Of a stretch of DNA of 64,000 bases, positions 35,901-49,029 are shown piece by piece. The stretch spans positions 17,440,871 through 17,504,870 of the forward strand of contig NC_092676.1 in the NCBI RefSeq assembly GCF_964355755.1. Direction: 5' to 3'. Numbering within the stretch: the stretch's first letter is position 1; each line of letters begins with the position of its first letter. A program made the position numbers and the translations under genes. The stretch is from Antedon mediterranea (taxonomy: Eukaryota > Animalia > Echinodermata). The notes below the pieces were generated by a model, which worked only from the letters and a program-made list of their open reading frames with translations, was not told the origin of the DNA and searched no databases.

Positions 35901-38900
35901 TTAGGTACACCTGTTTTTCACACGTATCTTGTATGGTTTAGTCGTCAACGTAATCCCAAGATCACCATCGAGTGATGGAGGTGGACTGCCAGTTGGAAAA
36001 TCAAATTGGAAATGTTGTATGAGAAATGTAAAGAAAAGAAATATTTCCATCTTGGCTAATGGCTTACCCAAACACATTCTGCGACCTGAAAAAAATATTT
36101 AAAAATAACATGACACCAAGTAAAACAAGGCCATAAACATGGCTGCAGTCGCTTGCTTAAATTAGTGTTTAACGACCGACAAACCGACCGACCAACCAAC
36201 TATTCGACCAACCGACCAACATAGTGGGCTGTAGAGTAGAGTAAAAATACTACAGTGGATGCTGCAATTTAAATGAGAAGGTGTTAGATGAGAAAGAAAA
36301 TATTATAGATTATCAGAAGAGGTGGCAAGAGGAGAAAACCAAGGGCTGAAAAAGAAAGCCCTACATAGAGATTCTTGATATTATTAAAGAAAGGTTGTAA
36401 AAAAAAAATCGAGTAAGAAGATTGCACATTAAGGTTTAACTCGCAGTGCGCGTGGAAAAATCTGCGCACTCATGGCAAATTGTCTGAAACGTACTCTAAT
36501 TTCATCGAAAATAAATTTTGACAATTTTGACCATTTTAAGCGCGCGTACTCATGCGTTATATGCGCTATGCACGTAATTGTATTGCCTTATGATGAAATA
36601 TGACCTGAAATTTATTTATGCTTGTGAAGATACGATTACAGACGTGATTTCGTTAAATCGTGCGTAGACCGCGTAATTTTTGATTGCGCACCGTAAAAAA
36701 TAACCACATCGATTCCTGGCCATAAGGAATATACTGTAAAAAATGGACCTAGATTAGCTAGGTGAAACTGATATCAAGACAAGACCATATAGCCTACAAG
36801 TTAGTGTTTAGCTACCGACCGACATAGTGAGCTGTAGAGTAGAAAAATACGTGGGTATTCAAGTACAGTGTGGGTTATACAATCGTTCAAGACAAATATG
36901 TACATAAGTTCCTTCTCAAATCAAGGCAGAATGCCGGGCTCACCTTCATCATTATGAACTCGTATCTGACCTTTATCCTATAATTGACTGCCACAAATTC
37001 ATACTAGTTGCTGTTACAGCCGTTAATTTGCATTGGATTATAGGCTTATGTAACCATACGTTTAATAGTTTTTATTCTTATTTAATTTATGTTGGTATTT
37101 TTAATATTTTTTTAGTATTGTTTAATTTCGATGTGTCTGATGTTTCTTACAAACATGAAGTTCTAATAGGTATCTAATTTGTTTAATGTTTTCATCACAA
37201 TAGACAAAATTAACAGTAATTTTAAATTTGCATATTGTTAAACTTCTTCTCCAATCAACACAAATGACTTTTCCACTTTGCTGTCACGCAAGTTGTTTAA
37301 TCGACAACCGACTGAATACGGTAAAGCTGTCATTTCCCTAATAAATACAAAATGTATGTACCTCCACCGAAAGTTAACAGATTTTCGTTCGTCAAAATTC
37401 TTCCATTTTCATCAAGAAACCGTTCAGGAACAAAATCATAAGGCTTTTTCCATATGGCTTCATCATGATGTACTGCCCTAAAAATAAAATAAAAGTAAAA
37501 ACTGTTTTTTAAACATTAGCCCTCTATTTTTTCCTTCATGTACGTTGTAAACTAGAGTTTACTGTTGGTTGAGAAAATAAATGTAAAAAATAAACAGAAA
37601 CCACGAAACATACCACAAATTGGCGACAATCATCGTCCCTGGTGGTATGGTGTATCCACTGACTGATATAGTTTCATTTGTCTTCCTTGGGATTAACGGA
37701 CTAGCTGAACTGATTCGTTGCGACTCGCATATTACCGCTGTCGTATACGGCATTTCTGTCTGATCCTTAAGTTCTGGATTCCGGTTTAATCCTATAATCT
37801 AGAATAAAATCTATTATTTAAGATCTACCGAATATAATGAATAAGTATATGCGTATATTTTAGGAAAACATAACGCATGAAATGAATGTTTCAGACTGGA
37901 TTCAACAAATGTGTTTACCTTTTCAATTTCGAGAAAAACTTTCTCCTGAATCTCTGGGTGTAACCCCATGTGCAGAATCACCCATGACAACGTAGAAGAT
38001 GTTGTTTCTGTTCCTGCTAGGAATATATTAGTTAAATTCATCTTGATAACTTCGTTATTAAAATTATCAGGGTCGATATATTCTTGTCCAATTGCAGCAT
38101 CGATGAAATCACGATTATCATCTACCTGATAGGTTTGTCGGTGTGATTTGATTTCGTGAGTTAGGAAATCGTAAAAAGACACCCAAATTTTCTTGTCGCA
38201 ATCAATAGTTTTCTTTTGGAATACACGTGCTAATGGAATGAAATCATACGCTCTTCCCTGAATCTGCAGTACCTGGAAAGCCAACTCTACTATTTCGAGG
38301 AACTCTTCATCGTTGTGTTCGTGGGTTTTGTTGAATATCAATCTGCACATGATGTTCGACACGCTTACTGAAATAAGCATTTTAATGTCAACAACTCCAT
38401 TTTTCTCCTGGAAAATAAAATTATATTTATTGGAATATCTGCCAGAATGGCACGAGGTTATGAAGTCAATCGGGTGTGTGTGTTTCTTCTCTGTTTATTA
38501 GTAGCAGGATTACTAAAAAAGTTATTTCTCGATTTGCATAAGATTTTAAAGGATGGTTTCATAGCTGTATGGGGACACGTGTTTCAATGTGCATATGCCT
38601 AGGTCAAATATCAAAGCTGACCACAGCAATGAACAGTTTCACCAGGGAGTTTACAACTCCCTGGTTTCACCAAAAAGATTTTCATTGTAAAGCCGATTAT
38701 TACGTGTTTATTGATATGTGAAATTGGCGGATTTGTGCTCTCAGAGTGCCCTTCTAGTTTATGTAATGCGATTGGATCATAAGTAAAATAAATAAAGGAT
38801 GAATATAATAAAATGATCAATACAGCTTAAAATGTACACATCTGTTAAAATTAAATTTGAAAAAAAAAACTCGCACACCTTCCAGTAAAAATAATTATGT

Positions 38901-41900
38901 TAAAGGCCAAATGCAGGCAAAAATAAAAAAATTCCATTCCAGTAACTATTGATCTAGCCTATAGCACATTATTATGTGTAGTCATTTTTTTTTTGTGAGT
39001 GTTAAACAATTTAATCAGTGGGGATACAGTGGAGGATAGTTCAAATTACCTACAGTAATTTACACAAAGGCATTCATAAAATTATGTAAAATAAACGGTT
39101 TGGCAAAACACGATATAAATACGTTATTATAACTTTAATTTTTATTCAACTTCAGATTTCCCTTTTTTTTTAAAATGATCAACCATTTCCCCATTTTTTT
39201 TTCGTTTTTTAAAAATGTTAAACTATCCAACTAAAAAAAAGGGGTCTGGCGTGTTTTTCTGAACTTCATGGATGCGCTGCCTGAAGGGTAAAATATTGGT
39301 TAATGTTCATGCAAGAAATTTAGACATTGTAGTTTTGATAGTATATCGGTAGCTTTGTACCATCAGAAGAAGAAATTGCATTATCACAGTTTTTATTATT
39401 AGTTCTTTGTAGATTCAATTTAGATTAGATTATTTAATTTGACTGATGGATTAAAATGTTAATAGTAAAACCTTTAATAGAGAAACTAATTTGTTGATTT
39501 CCTCAGCAATTTGCTTTTCCATACATCGTTTTCCAAAGCCAAATTCTCGTAAAGTGTTCACAACAAACTGTCTCTGAGTCCGCCATTTGTCACCATAAGG
39601 TTGATCGAATATACCTTTGGAATAATAAACGTGAATTTATGAGATTTAAAATAAAAGGTATGATTAACATATAGTTTCAATTTCAAATTAATCAATAAAA
39701 ACAGAATAGGCCAGTGTGATTATGTGATACAACATTTAATAGGGAGGTTTCGCAACCTTACGAATACGATAACGAAAACGGATACGTCACACATTTGTGA
39801 AACATTTGAGCTGATCCCCATTTCATATTCGTAAAGCGTGTGTGTGTTGACGAATATCACCAGTCATATTCGTAACTACAAAACGAGTATAGTTTTTGAT
39901 CTATTTTGCACATTTTGCATTTGAATCAGGAATGATTCATGATTATAATATAATTATACTTTTATTGAAAGTAATTTACTAAAGTAATTTACTAAAATGC
40001 CTGGTAAATTTTGATAAATAGCAATTTTTAAAGTCTTCACTCGCTTTGATGTTACGCTAGGCCTAGGCAGCCAAGCACCAAACAACACGTACCTGCGCTT
40101 ACCTCACATTTACCGCAGTCATATTTTGGGAGGCGCCCTCAATATTTCGTTGCCATGCGAAACAGATTTTTACTGGCTTACGAAAAACGAATACGTGTGC
40201 GTGACGTATCCGTTTTCGTTATCGTATTCGTAAGATTGCGAAACCTCCCTATATTAGCCCTTCAACCTTGCCTAAACCACCAGACAGTATTTTTATTGGA
40301 ACCATAATTTTATCTGTGGGATCTAAGCTATAAATGGTAAGATTAGAGAGGTTTCGCAATCTTACGTATACAATAACGAAAACGGATACGTCACGCACAC
40401 GTATTCGTTTTCGTAAGCCATAAAAAAAATCTGTTTCGCATGGCAACGAAATATTGAGGCGCGTCCAAAATATGACTGCGGTAAATTTGAGCAAAGCGAC
40501 AGGTACGTGTTGCTTGGTGCTTGGCTGCCTAGGCCTAGCGTAACATCAAAGCGAGTGAGGACTTTAAAAACTTCTATTTATCAAAATTGAATTGGCATTT
40601 TAGTAAATTACTTCAGTAAATTACTTCCAATAAATCTATAATTATATTATAATCATGAATCATTCCTGATTCAAATGCAAAATGTGCAAAATAGATCAAA
40701 AACTATACTCGTTTTGTAGTTACGAATATGACTGGTGATATTCGTCAACACGAATACGCTTTACGAATATGAAATGGGGATCAGCTCAAAAGTTTCACAA
40801 ATGTATGACGTATCCGTTTTCGTTATCGTATTCGTAAGGTTGCGAAACCTCCCTAATAAGAATAATGTTTAACAAGGCCATATAGATGGCTGCACTCGCG
40901 TGCTTAGTGTTTACCGACCGACCGACCAACCTACCAACTGACCGAAATTACTGAACATGTTTAAAAATGTTGAAATGTTTAAAAACAGTTATATTTTTTT
41001 AATTTACACGTGCGTAGCCTGTCACTTTTGACGTGCTCGTATAACGTAATTTCGAGTTGAAAAGTAAGTCAAGAAAACAGAAATCGGGCAAAAAAAGTGC
41101 GCAATAACATTTAACGCGCAGTGCGCGCGCAAAAATCTGCGCACTCATGGCTATTTTGTAAACGCTTAAAATTGCCTGAAACGTAGCCTACTCTTATTTC
41201 ATCGAAAATAAATTTTGAAAATTTTAGGCGCGCGTACGCATGCGTTACATGCGCTACGCACATAATTGTATTGCCATATGATGATTTATGCCCTGAAATT
41301 TATGAGTACCAAATTTTATTTAATTGTGATTCATGGTTGTGAAGATATGATTACAAACGTGATTTCGTTAAATCATGCGTAGACCACGTAATTTTTTATT
41401 GCGCACCGTGAGAACATAACCACATCGATTCCTGGCCATCAGGAATATACTGTGAAAAATTGACTTAGCTAGATTAAACTGATATCAAGATAAGGTCAGA
41501 AAGCGATAAAACGCATAGTGATACCGGACCGACAGACGGACCGACAGACAGACCGACAGACCGACAGACCGACCGACAGAGTGAACTATAGAGTCGCTTC
41601 CACGCGACTAAAAACTACTGAAGCATCTATAGATACTCGCGTCCCAGATGCAGTACAGTACTTTAGGTATTTATATAAACTATAGACCGGTAAAATAAGA
41701 TCTGTTTTTAATAATCTTACCCTCTTTGTTTGGATTAGAAAACTGTCGCTGACTCCAGAAATGGTGATGATTACTTGTTTCGGTTCTTCGAAGAATGTCT
41801 TTTATTAGTTGAGTATTGCTGACAGTCACGACCATTACATCACCTAGGTTAAAAGAAAAATGAATTAATAACTTAAAGCTCTTTCTATCAAATTTGTTTG

Positions 41901-42497
41901 ACAAAAAAGTGTGATTATGCCCAAATATGGTAGTGATATGCCCAAATATGGTAGTGATATGACATCATCATGACATCATATTATTTTGTCACATAAAGTT
42001 TGATATTGTAGACAGAGCTTTATACCAACCAAAAGTTTATACTGAATTGAATATATATTAAAATATTGTAGAACACTTAAAAGTCTTTTTATTATATTTA
42101 GATCTTGTATTCATACATAAAGAAATATAATCCTCCGTGATCAATAATAAGAAATACATGATAGAAAGAAATAGTAAATCATAATAAATTATTCACATTT
42201 AAAGATATCCAAAAAATCCCACTCTCAAATGACTATTTTTCTAAAAAAAAATATTATTTTAACAATAACATTACCTAGCATAATGCTGAAAATATCTCCA
42301 TATTTCTTCCTAATTCTATTGAAATCATAATGAACAGAAGGAGAAAGCGATAAAATACTGCCGACGAAAGGAATTCCAATCGGACCTGGAGGAAAGTTCC
42401 AAGTAGGCCAGCGTTTCAAAAAATGAAGTACAATTATAAAACAGATTACGGTTGCCGTGAGTGCAGCAGTAAATGATTCCAAATAATAATTTTCCAT
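35901..42497 (-). CDS. Cytochrome P450, clan 2, copy B, 7 exons
   Basis: Exons 42275-42497, 41721-41843, 39472-39614, 37919-38407, 37614-37798, 37362-37477, 35901-36085. Motifs: PPGP, WRTQR, AGTETT, ESQR, PERF, FGGGRRMCLG. Confidence 0.93.
36124..36845 (-). mobile_element. Older, degraded copy of the 28547-29372 HINE-like family
   Basis: aacaaggccat terminus, (accg)n repeats, and core 36440-36790 homologous to 28845-29225. Confidence 0.7.
38435..38760 (+). mobile_element. Short degenerate HINE-like element
   Basis: 5' tctgcc..gaggttatg followed by (gt)n; 3' ttggcgga..gtgctctcagagtgc hairpin followed by ctagtt. Confidence 0.5.
39740..40251 (+). mobile_element. MITE of about 510 bp, TA-flanked, with ~50-bp TIRs
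   Basis: ta|gggaggtttcgcaaccttacgaatacgataacgaaaacggatacgtcac ... gtgacgtatccgttttcgttatcgtattcgtaagattgcgaaacctccc|ta. Confidence 0.88.
40344..40855 (-). mobile_element. Second copy of the same MITE, in inverted orientation
   Basis: Whole-length reverse complement of 39740-40251 with scattered substitutions. Confidence 0.88.
40871..41614 (-). mobile_element. HINE/DINE-1-like element, same family as 28547-29372
   Basis: Same termini (aacaaggcca..., ...tagagtcgcttccacgcgactaaaaa), (gaca/gacc)n repeats and a near-identical core. Confidence 0.8.
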
Positions 42498-43031
42498 TTT
42501 AAAAACGCAATCCTTATATTAAATTATTCAACGTTCCTGCTCTTCAAAATGAAAATCGACAATAACCACCCCCGGATAATAACCATCAGGAGGACAACCC
42601 GTTTGGACTGTACCATTGTTAGAGTTGGAGGTGTTTTTTTTACAATATTGCGACTACAATACATTTGGTTACTTACTTTATACGCCTTTGAATTCTTAGC
42701 AAATTTAATTAGAGTGTTTTTTTTTGTTTTTTTTTTTTTTGATTAAATTAATATAATATATATCTTGTTTACAAAACAATCATTTATATATTATAGGCCT
42801 AGATATGAAAAATAAAAAAACCCTAACAATGATACAGTTCATAATGGGTGGGTATTGTCCTGGTTGTCAATATCCGGGTTTTTTCCTATTCTCTGAAATG
42901 TGACCTTCAATCGATCAGTAGGAAGGAAATCACTACCCGGACAATAACCACCAGGACAATCACCCACACACATTTGTGCTGCAGTGGAATATATATTCAC
43001 TTGTTACAGTGAGGAATTTAACATGTATGTC

Positions 43032-44244
43032 CAGTGGCGTATCCAGGATTTTGAAGTCGGGGGGGGGGGGGAATTGCCAATTTGCCGACAAAATCAGCGT
43101 CATTACCTGTACTGTACATGCCTAGGCCTATACATCAATATGTTCTAGGATTGCATAGGCCTAGTCATGTTGTCTTATAGGGATAACGATGCAAAATTAA
43201 AACCAAATTAAACATTATCTGTTAGTATGTTGTATTAATATTACAATAAAGAAAGAATTACGAAAATCTGACTTGTAGTTTTCGAAATATAGGGTCTAAA
43301 ACATCGACGAAAATGATCGTTTTTAGCCACGAAAAGAAGTAAAACAATTTGCGGCCTCAGTCGACAATTCTATTAACTGTGCCATTTTTGGTTAAAATAA
43401 TTACATATAATTACGTTTTTTAGTAATTTATTTTATATATCACCATTAGAAATATCAATAAAACATGTTATTAAATGCTTATATACGGAAGCGTATATAA
43501 AGTTGTTTAATTAACGGAATTCGGACAAATTCATTGCTCTAACTTTGTGTGTAGTTCGATCAGAGAGATTCATGGTAGGCCTACACGCGCGAGAGCAAAC
43601 ATTCCGCTGCGGGTGATTCGCATCCACCAATCAAAACAGCCAGAATCCAAAATCATTCAACCGTGAGCAATGCCAATCACGAGAAAGCTCAGCTTTGATT
43701 GGCTTACGATGACATCATATCACAAAATGGTGGTTTAGTAGTTGAGCCTCCCTCCCGGACTATTCTGTTCCAAAAATGAAATACATGGATATTTTTTATG
43801 GTATGTGTGCTTTTTCTTTAGAAAATTGTAATAATAAAGGCCTCATATCGAGAAAAAAAAACCGGGTTTTTTGGCACTTATAATAAATATATCTTAGAGA
43901 AAAAAGCACATGGCATGTGGAACTATATAATCTTAGCGTAGGAACCATACAAATCCGTTCCAGGTAATAAGGTATTTTGACCACATTTTTTACGTGTTTC
44001 GTTCGATGTAATGAAAATAAAAAATAATTGATCTGAAGGGATCAATGATATGATATGTAAATAAACAAACACTCAAAAGAATTATGTTTACACTTCAATT
44101 ATTGTCAGAATAATAGTTTATTCTTATTTCCCTAACTTTATTTTTTCCCGGCACCTTTGCTTACCGACGGACGCGATGATGTTCCGACGAACACGAAATC
44201 AGGGGGCCCGGGCCCCCGCCCCTCCGCCTCTGGATACGCCACTG
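43032..44244. mobile_element. Non-autonomous hAT element with an 8-bp TSD
   Basis: TIR cagtggcgtatccag / ctggatacgccactg. Perfect flanking duplication tgtatgtc at 43024-43031 and 44245-44252. No transposase ORF. Confidence 0.9.
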
Positions 44245-44299
44245 TGTATGTCTAGATCACTCCTTCTGCTGTATTTAATACATAAAATGCTATTGTCCA

Positions 44300-44945
44300 A
44301 GTGTTTGAACACCGCAACCAACCTGTTTCAGGTAACCTGAATAACCCCTTCAAGTCACAAACTGCAGCGTATAAACCACGACCCTGTGAAGAAAGGTCAT
44401 CTAAACTCTCAAATGGACAACATCATCAGCTTTCTTGTTTATTTTCTTTACAAAACTTGAAGGCCTACATCAAAAGTATCTCGATCTGGGTGTTTTGTAG
44501 CCACACTCTTGAATCCCCTTCCTCGTGTGAATATGTACGACGTAGTCTGAACCTAAATTGGTTTCAATAGTTCGACCACAAAAAGCCTTGTCAGTATCTT
44601 CAAATCTTGCCGTTAAAGCCTCCTGACTTTATAAAAGTATGGCCACCATGCAATTCAAAGAGGTTCAGCAAATCGGCGGAGGCTTTTGGTGCTGCAGTAT
44701 GTCTTGTGAATAAATGGTATAATAAATCAGAAGGACCTCTATCCAGTATTGTAGCACTCTAGAGGAGACAAAAATGTTAATCCAATTTTATGATTCAACT
44801 GTAAGGGTAATTTGCATACAGATCGTGTGTGTGTGGTGTGGAAAATAGTGTACTAGCTTTGGTGATCATTCCATTTGTTGTTGTGAAATTCATCTTGACA
44901 TTCTTGTTGATTACCATCTCATGTGCCTCATCAACGGCTGTACAT
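44300..44945 (-). pseudogene. Possible decayed transposase fragment (Academ-like)
   Basis: The minus-strand peptide AVDEAHEMVINKNVK (about 44940-44895) resembles the D-x-x-x-E-x-x-x-N motif recalled from such elements. The frames are broken. Confidence 0.3.
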
Positions 44946-45362
44946 GACAATTTATCATCATACATACATAGTTGTTTTGATGGTTATCTGTAAGCTAAAG
45001 TTAAGGTTGCAGATAACTGTAATAAAAATCAACCATCTATTGATCAATCAATATTAATAAGAGTGGGTTTTTTTTTTTGCGTTTAGGAAACTGATTCATG
45101 AAACCTAAAAGCTTCTTTACCAGCAATTTAATCTATCATTGAATACTAACTGTAAATGCATGCACAAAAGCATTCAATAACGTCTGACCAGGGAGTTGTT
45201 ATTAGATCCCTGGTCTGACCCTGCTTTACAAAGAAAAGTGTGATGTCACACTTGAACAGGAAACCGTGTATGCATGTTATTGGTAGGTACCGGTAGTACA
45301 TGATCCGATCAATTACTACCCATTCTCAAAATGTATTATACTGGTTATTACAGCCGAAAAAG

Positions 45363-48300
45363 TTATTAGGTGATCATTTAGAATAAAATGATCACCTATT
45401 GTTATTGTATGAAATCTTTATTCTTCTTTTTCTTATTGGTTATCCGCAACGAAGTTGCAGGATAACCTCTTGTGATTGTACGAAATCATCAACATCAACT
45501 TTTTATTTTTCTTCTTTCTTTCTGTATGATTTTTGTGTAACGCTTTTCTCTAAAACTTGCAAACATAACATTTTGTTACCTATGTTAACATTTTGACATT
45601 TATGTAACGTCGTCAAGCGAAGCTTTTCATGATGTTTACAATTGCGCAACGTGACGTACGCGCGATTTAACGATTTTCTCGTATTTAACATATGTCGAAA
45701 ACCAAATAACATTTTAAAGTGAAACTTTGCAAAAGTTTAATTTATATCATGCGCTAACTTTCTGTTGAAAAAAAATTGCGTGTTTTACACAAAGTTACGC
45801 GCGCACGCGCATTTAAAATTTCAAAATGCGCAAAATTAATTTATAATCAACTTTCTACGCGTTTCATGTCGTTTTAAGCATGTCAAAAATTCCCACGCGT
45901 GCGCACATTTTTACGTGTGCGGTGCGCACGTAGCATGGAAAACGATTTTTTTCGCGTGATTTATGTTTTTCCAGCTTTTTCTAGTAATTTTACCAAATTT
46001 TAAACAATTTCGACTTAAAGATACGTCATACGAGCACGTCGAATTGGACAATTTGCGCGCGTTTTTTATGAAAATGTTAAAAAATTCGTTTAAAATATGC
46101 CTTTTTTTAAACAGTCGTAATTTCTAAACTAGAAGGTCAACTTTTTGTGGATGGGATATTCTGGAAGTAGATGAGTTGTAGATATCGGATCAGGTATTAA
46201 TATGGCTAACCGGACATTTTGACGTCATCGTATGGCCACGCGAATAGAAAATTTAGGATTTTTGTATCTTTCGTCATAGCTCATCACATTGAATAGAGCG
46301 CATCTCCACTTATCCGTTTTCCATTTTCACCCCGATTTTGACATTGTCTAGGTCAATCAACTATCTTTCGCATGAGTTAAAAATATTTTAATTTTTTTGA
46401 CGTCATCATGCCTAAAAATTAATATCACGTGTGGCAGTAATTTCATCTTTACAGTAAATTTTAATCTGTTATAGCTCGTAAGAATAAAATGTGATAATCA
46501 CGATTAAAACTTTTTCTGGAAGCTATTGGATTGTAGATACGAAATTATGTAAAAATGTTGCCAATCGGATGTTGTGACGTCATCATATGGCCAGTTAAAT
46601 AAAAAAGGTCGTATTTTCATCTTTTGCGTCATAATTCATTACATTTAAAAGAGCGCGCATCAATATTTCACGTATTCAAATTTCTTCTACACGTTAATAC
46701 GTTGTTGCTGAGATAATTTGCTTTCGGAATTACTACCTTCGCGTTTCATTTTAAAACCGTCAACATGTTAAAAATTGCAATAAATAGCGGGTCCCGTAAT
46801 TTCACCTATTCTACACTGTATGTGATATGGATACAGATTATACTGTCTATACTATATATGGATTTAAATAATAAAATTCAGCAATAACAACATATCATAT
46901 TCTTCAGTTCAGGTCATAATGCCAACGTGAACACTTCCTTTTGTCCTCAACCTATCCCCTTAATGTTAATGTTTCACCACTTGCGCGGCGGATAACCAAA
47001 CTCGTCAAAGTGACGAGTTACATGTCTAGTTATTTATTTCTCTCTGTACAGATTTTGTGTAACAAATATCTCAAAAAGTTTAATGTTAATGATTACCAAA
47101 ATTTTACAATGTCTTTCAAATACGTTAACTTAGTCCTAATAAGCTTTTCAGCGTGATCACTCATCCGTGACGTAACGTATACGCCATTTTGTGAAATCAC
47201 ATTATCAATCATATCTCCATAATTCATTATCACATATTAATGAAAATCACTACACGTAAACTTGAGGTCAAGGTAAAAAATATTAGCAAATAAAAACTCG
47301 GGCGTTTCAAAGTCATGCGCGTGAAATCGCGCGTTGAAATTTTAAAAAGCTCAACATTTAGTTTTTATCAATTTAGAGCATGAAATAGGCCATTTGCGTG
47401 TTTCAAAAAATTACTGCGCAAAAACACATTTTTGCGCACGCGATTTTTAAAAAGGGTAAAAAATAAAATTTGATGTATACATCATATTCTACTCACAATC
47501 CTTAGTACATTCTCCGACTTTGAGTCCATTCCGACTTAAAATAACGCTATACGAGCACGTTAAAAATGACAAAATCCGCACATTAATTGTACAAAAGTGC
47601 TAAAAATGGTAAAAAATAAGGCCTTTTTAAAATGAATATAACTCTTCAGAATGGCAGGTGACCCCCAATTTTTTTAACTTATTATGGAAGCCAATAAGTT
47701 GTAGATATAAATATATATACATATTAGACGTACAAAATGGTATGACGTCATCAAATGGCCACTTGAATTTAAAAATTAGTAATTATTATCTTTTTGTGTG
47801 GGTGATCACATTCAATAGAGCGCATCTCCGTTATTTGATCCCGATTTTCGGACACATTTTAGTATGTGCTTGCTCAATTAATTATCTTTCTCATAAGTTG
47901 TCAACATTTTTATTTGATGACGTCATCACGCGTAAAAACTTGAATAACCTAGGTCGTGTAATTTCAGCTACACCATACATTTGAATATCTTATAGCTCCT
48001 CAGAATTAAAGGTGACCTTGAAGATTATAATTTATTATGAAAGCTGATGAAATGTAGATATGAATTCGAATAAAAATTAAGCCTATCGGATGTTGTGATG
48101 TTATCATATGGCCAGTTGAAGTTAAAAAGTAGTTTTTAAATTTCTTTAGTCGAAGTTATACAAATTTCAAAGAGCGCGCATTGCGCTTCTACGTGTCAAA
48201 TTCTCTTCCAATCCTTATATTTATTTGCTCAATTCATTATCTTTCGAAATTGTCATCTTCGAGTTTATTTTGATAATTCCATCATACCAAAAAATTAGAA

Positions 48301-48553
48301 CTTGATGTGTGTCCCATAATTTCACCTATGCTACACTGTATATAGATATACAGTATATACTGTACATATTGTATATGGCATATAATAGGCACAACTCAGC
48401 ACTATAATCGTATGCATCATGTCATAGGATGGCGTACATCAACTTTTTACGATCGTATGTTAAGGTACGTGCATGTTTCAAAAATGTTAATTTCATTAAA
48501 ATGATAAAAATGATCACCTATAATTCGTCAAAGTGACGAATTAAATTCTAGTT
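45363..48553 (+). mobile_element. Outer HINE-like element, interrupted by a nested relative
   Basis: 5' palindrome taggtgatcatt..aatgatcaccta; 3' copy aaaatgatcaccta, hairpin aattcgtcaaagtgacgaatt, then ctagtt. Confidence 0.8.
45433..47031 (+). mobile_element. Inner HINE-like element nested in the T-rich 5' region of the outer one
   Basis: 5' palindrome ggttatccgcaacgaagttgcaggataacc; 3' gcggataaccaa, hairpin aactcgtcaaagtgacgagtt, then ctagtt. Confidence 0.8.
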
Positions 48554-49029
48554 AAACTAATTGTAATACTATTAATGATTGACACTCAAAACCTGTAAAA
48601 TAATGATAATAAAATCAAACTTTAACTTTATAGTTTATTTTGTTATTTTAAGAAATACATCAATTTTTTAACCATATTCACATTGTCGCCAAGGCAATGG
48701 CCTTCAGATTGACTATAACAATTATTATTCTACATTCTTTAAAATACAGTATATTGTGTAATTTTTTTTTCAGAATCAATTATTATTATTATTATTATGT
48801 GACATTAAAATGAATATTTGACTGAAATAATTAGTTTAAGAACGCTTGTTCTGGATGAACACGACAACTGCCGTTAGGTAATACTTTTCTCATAGGTATA
48901 TAACATTATTAAGTCAAGGTAAAAAAAAATTCACAAATATGTTAACAATCTTATATTTTTAAAAGAAATAACATACAATAATTGATAGTAGTAGTAGTAA
49001 ACATCATTTTATACACTTATCTCAAAAGT

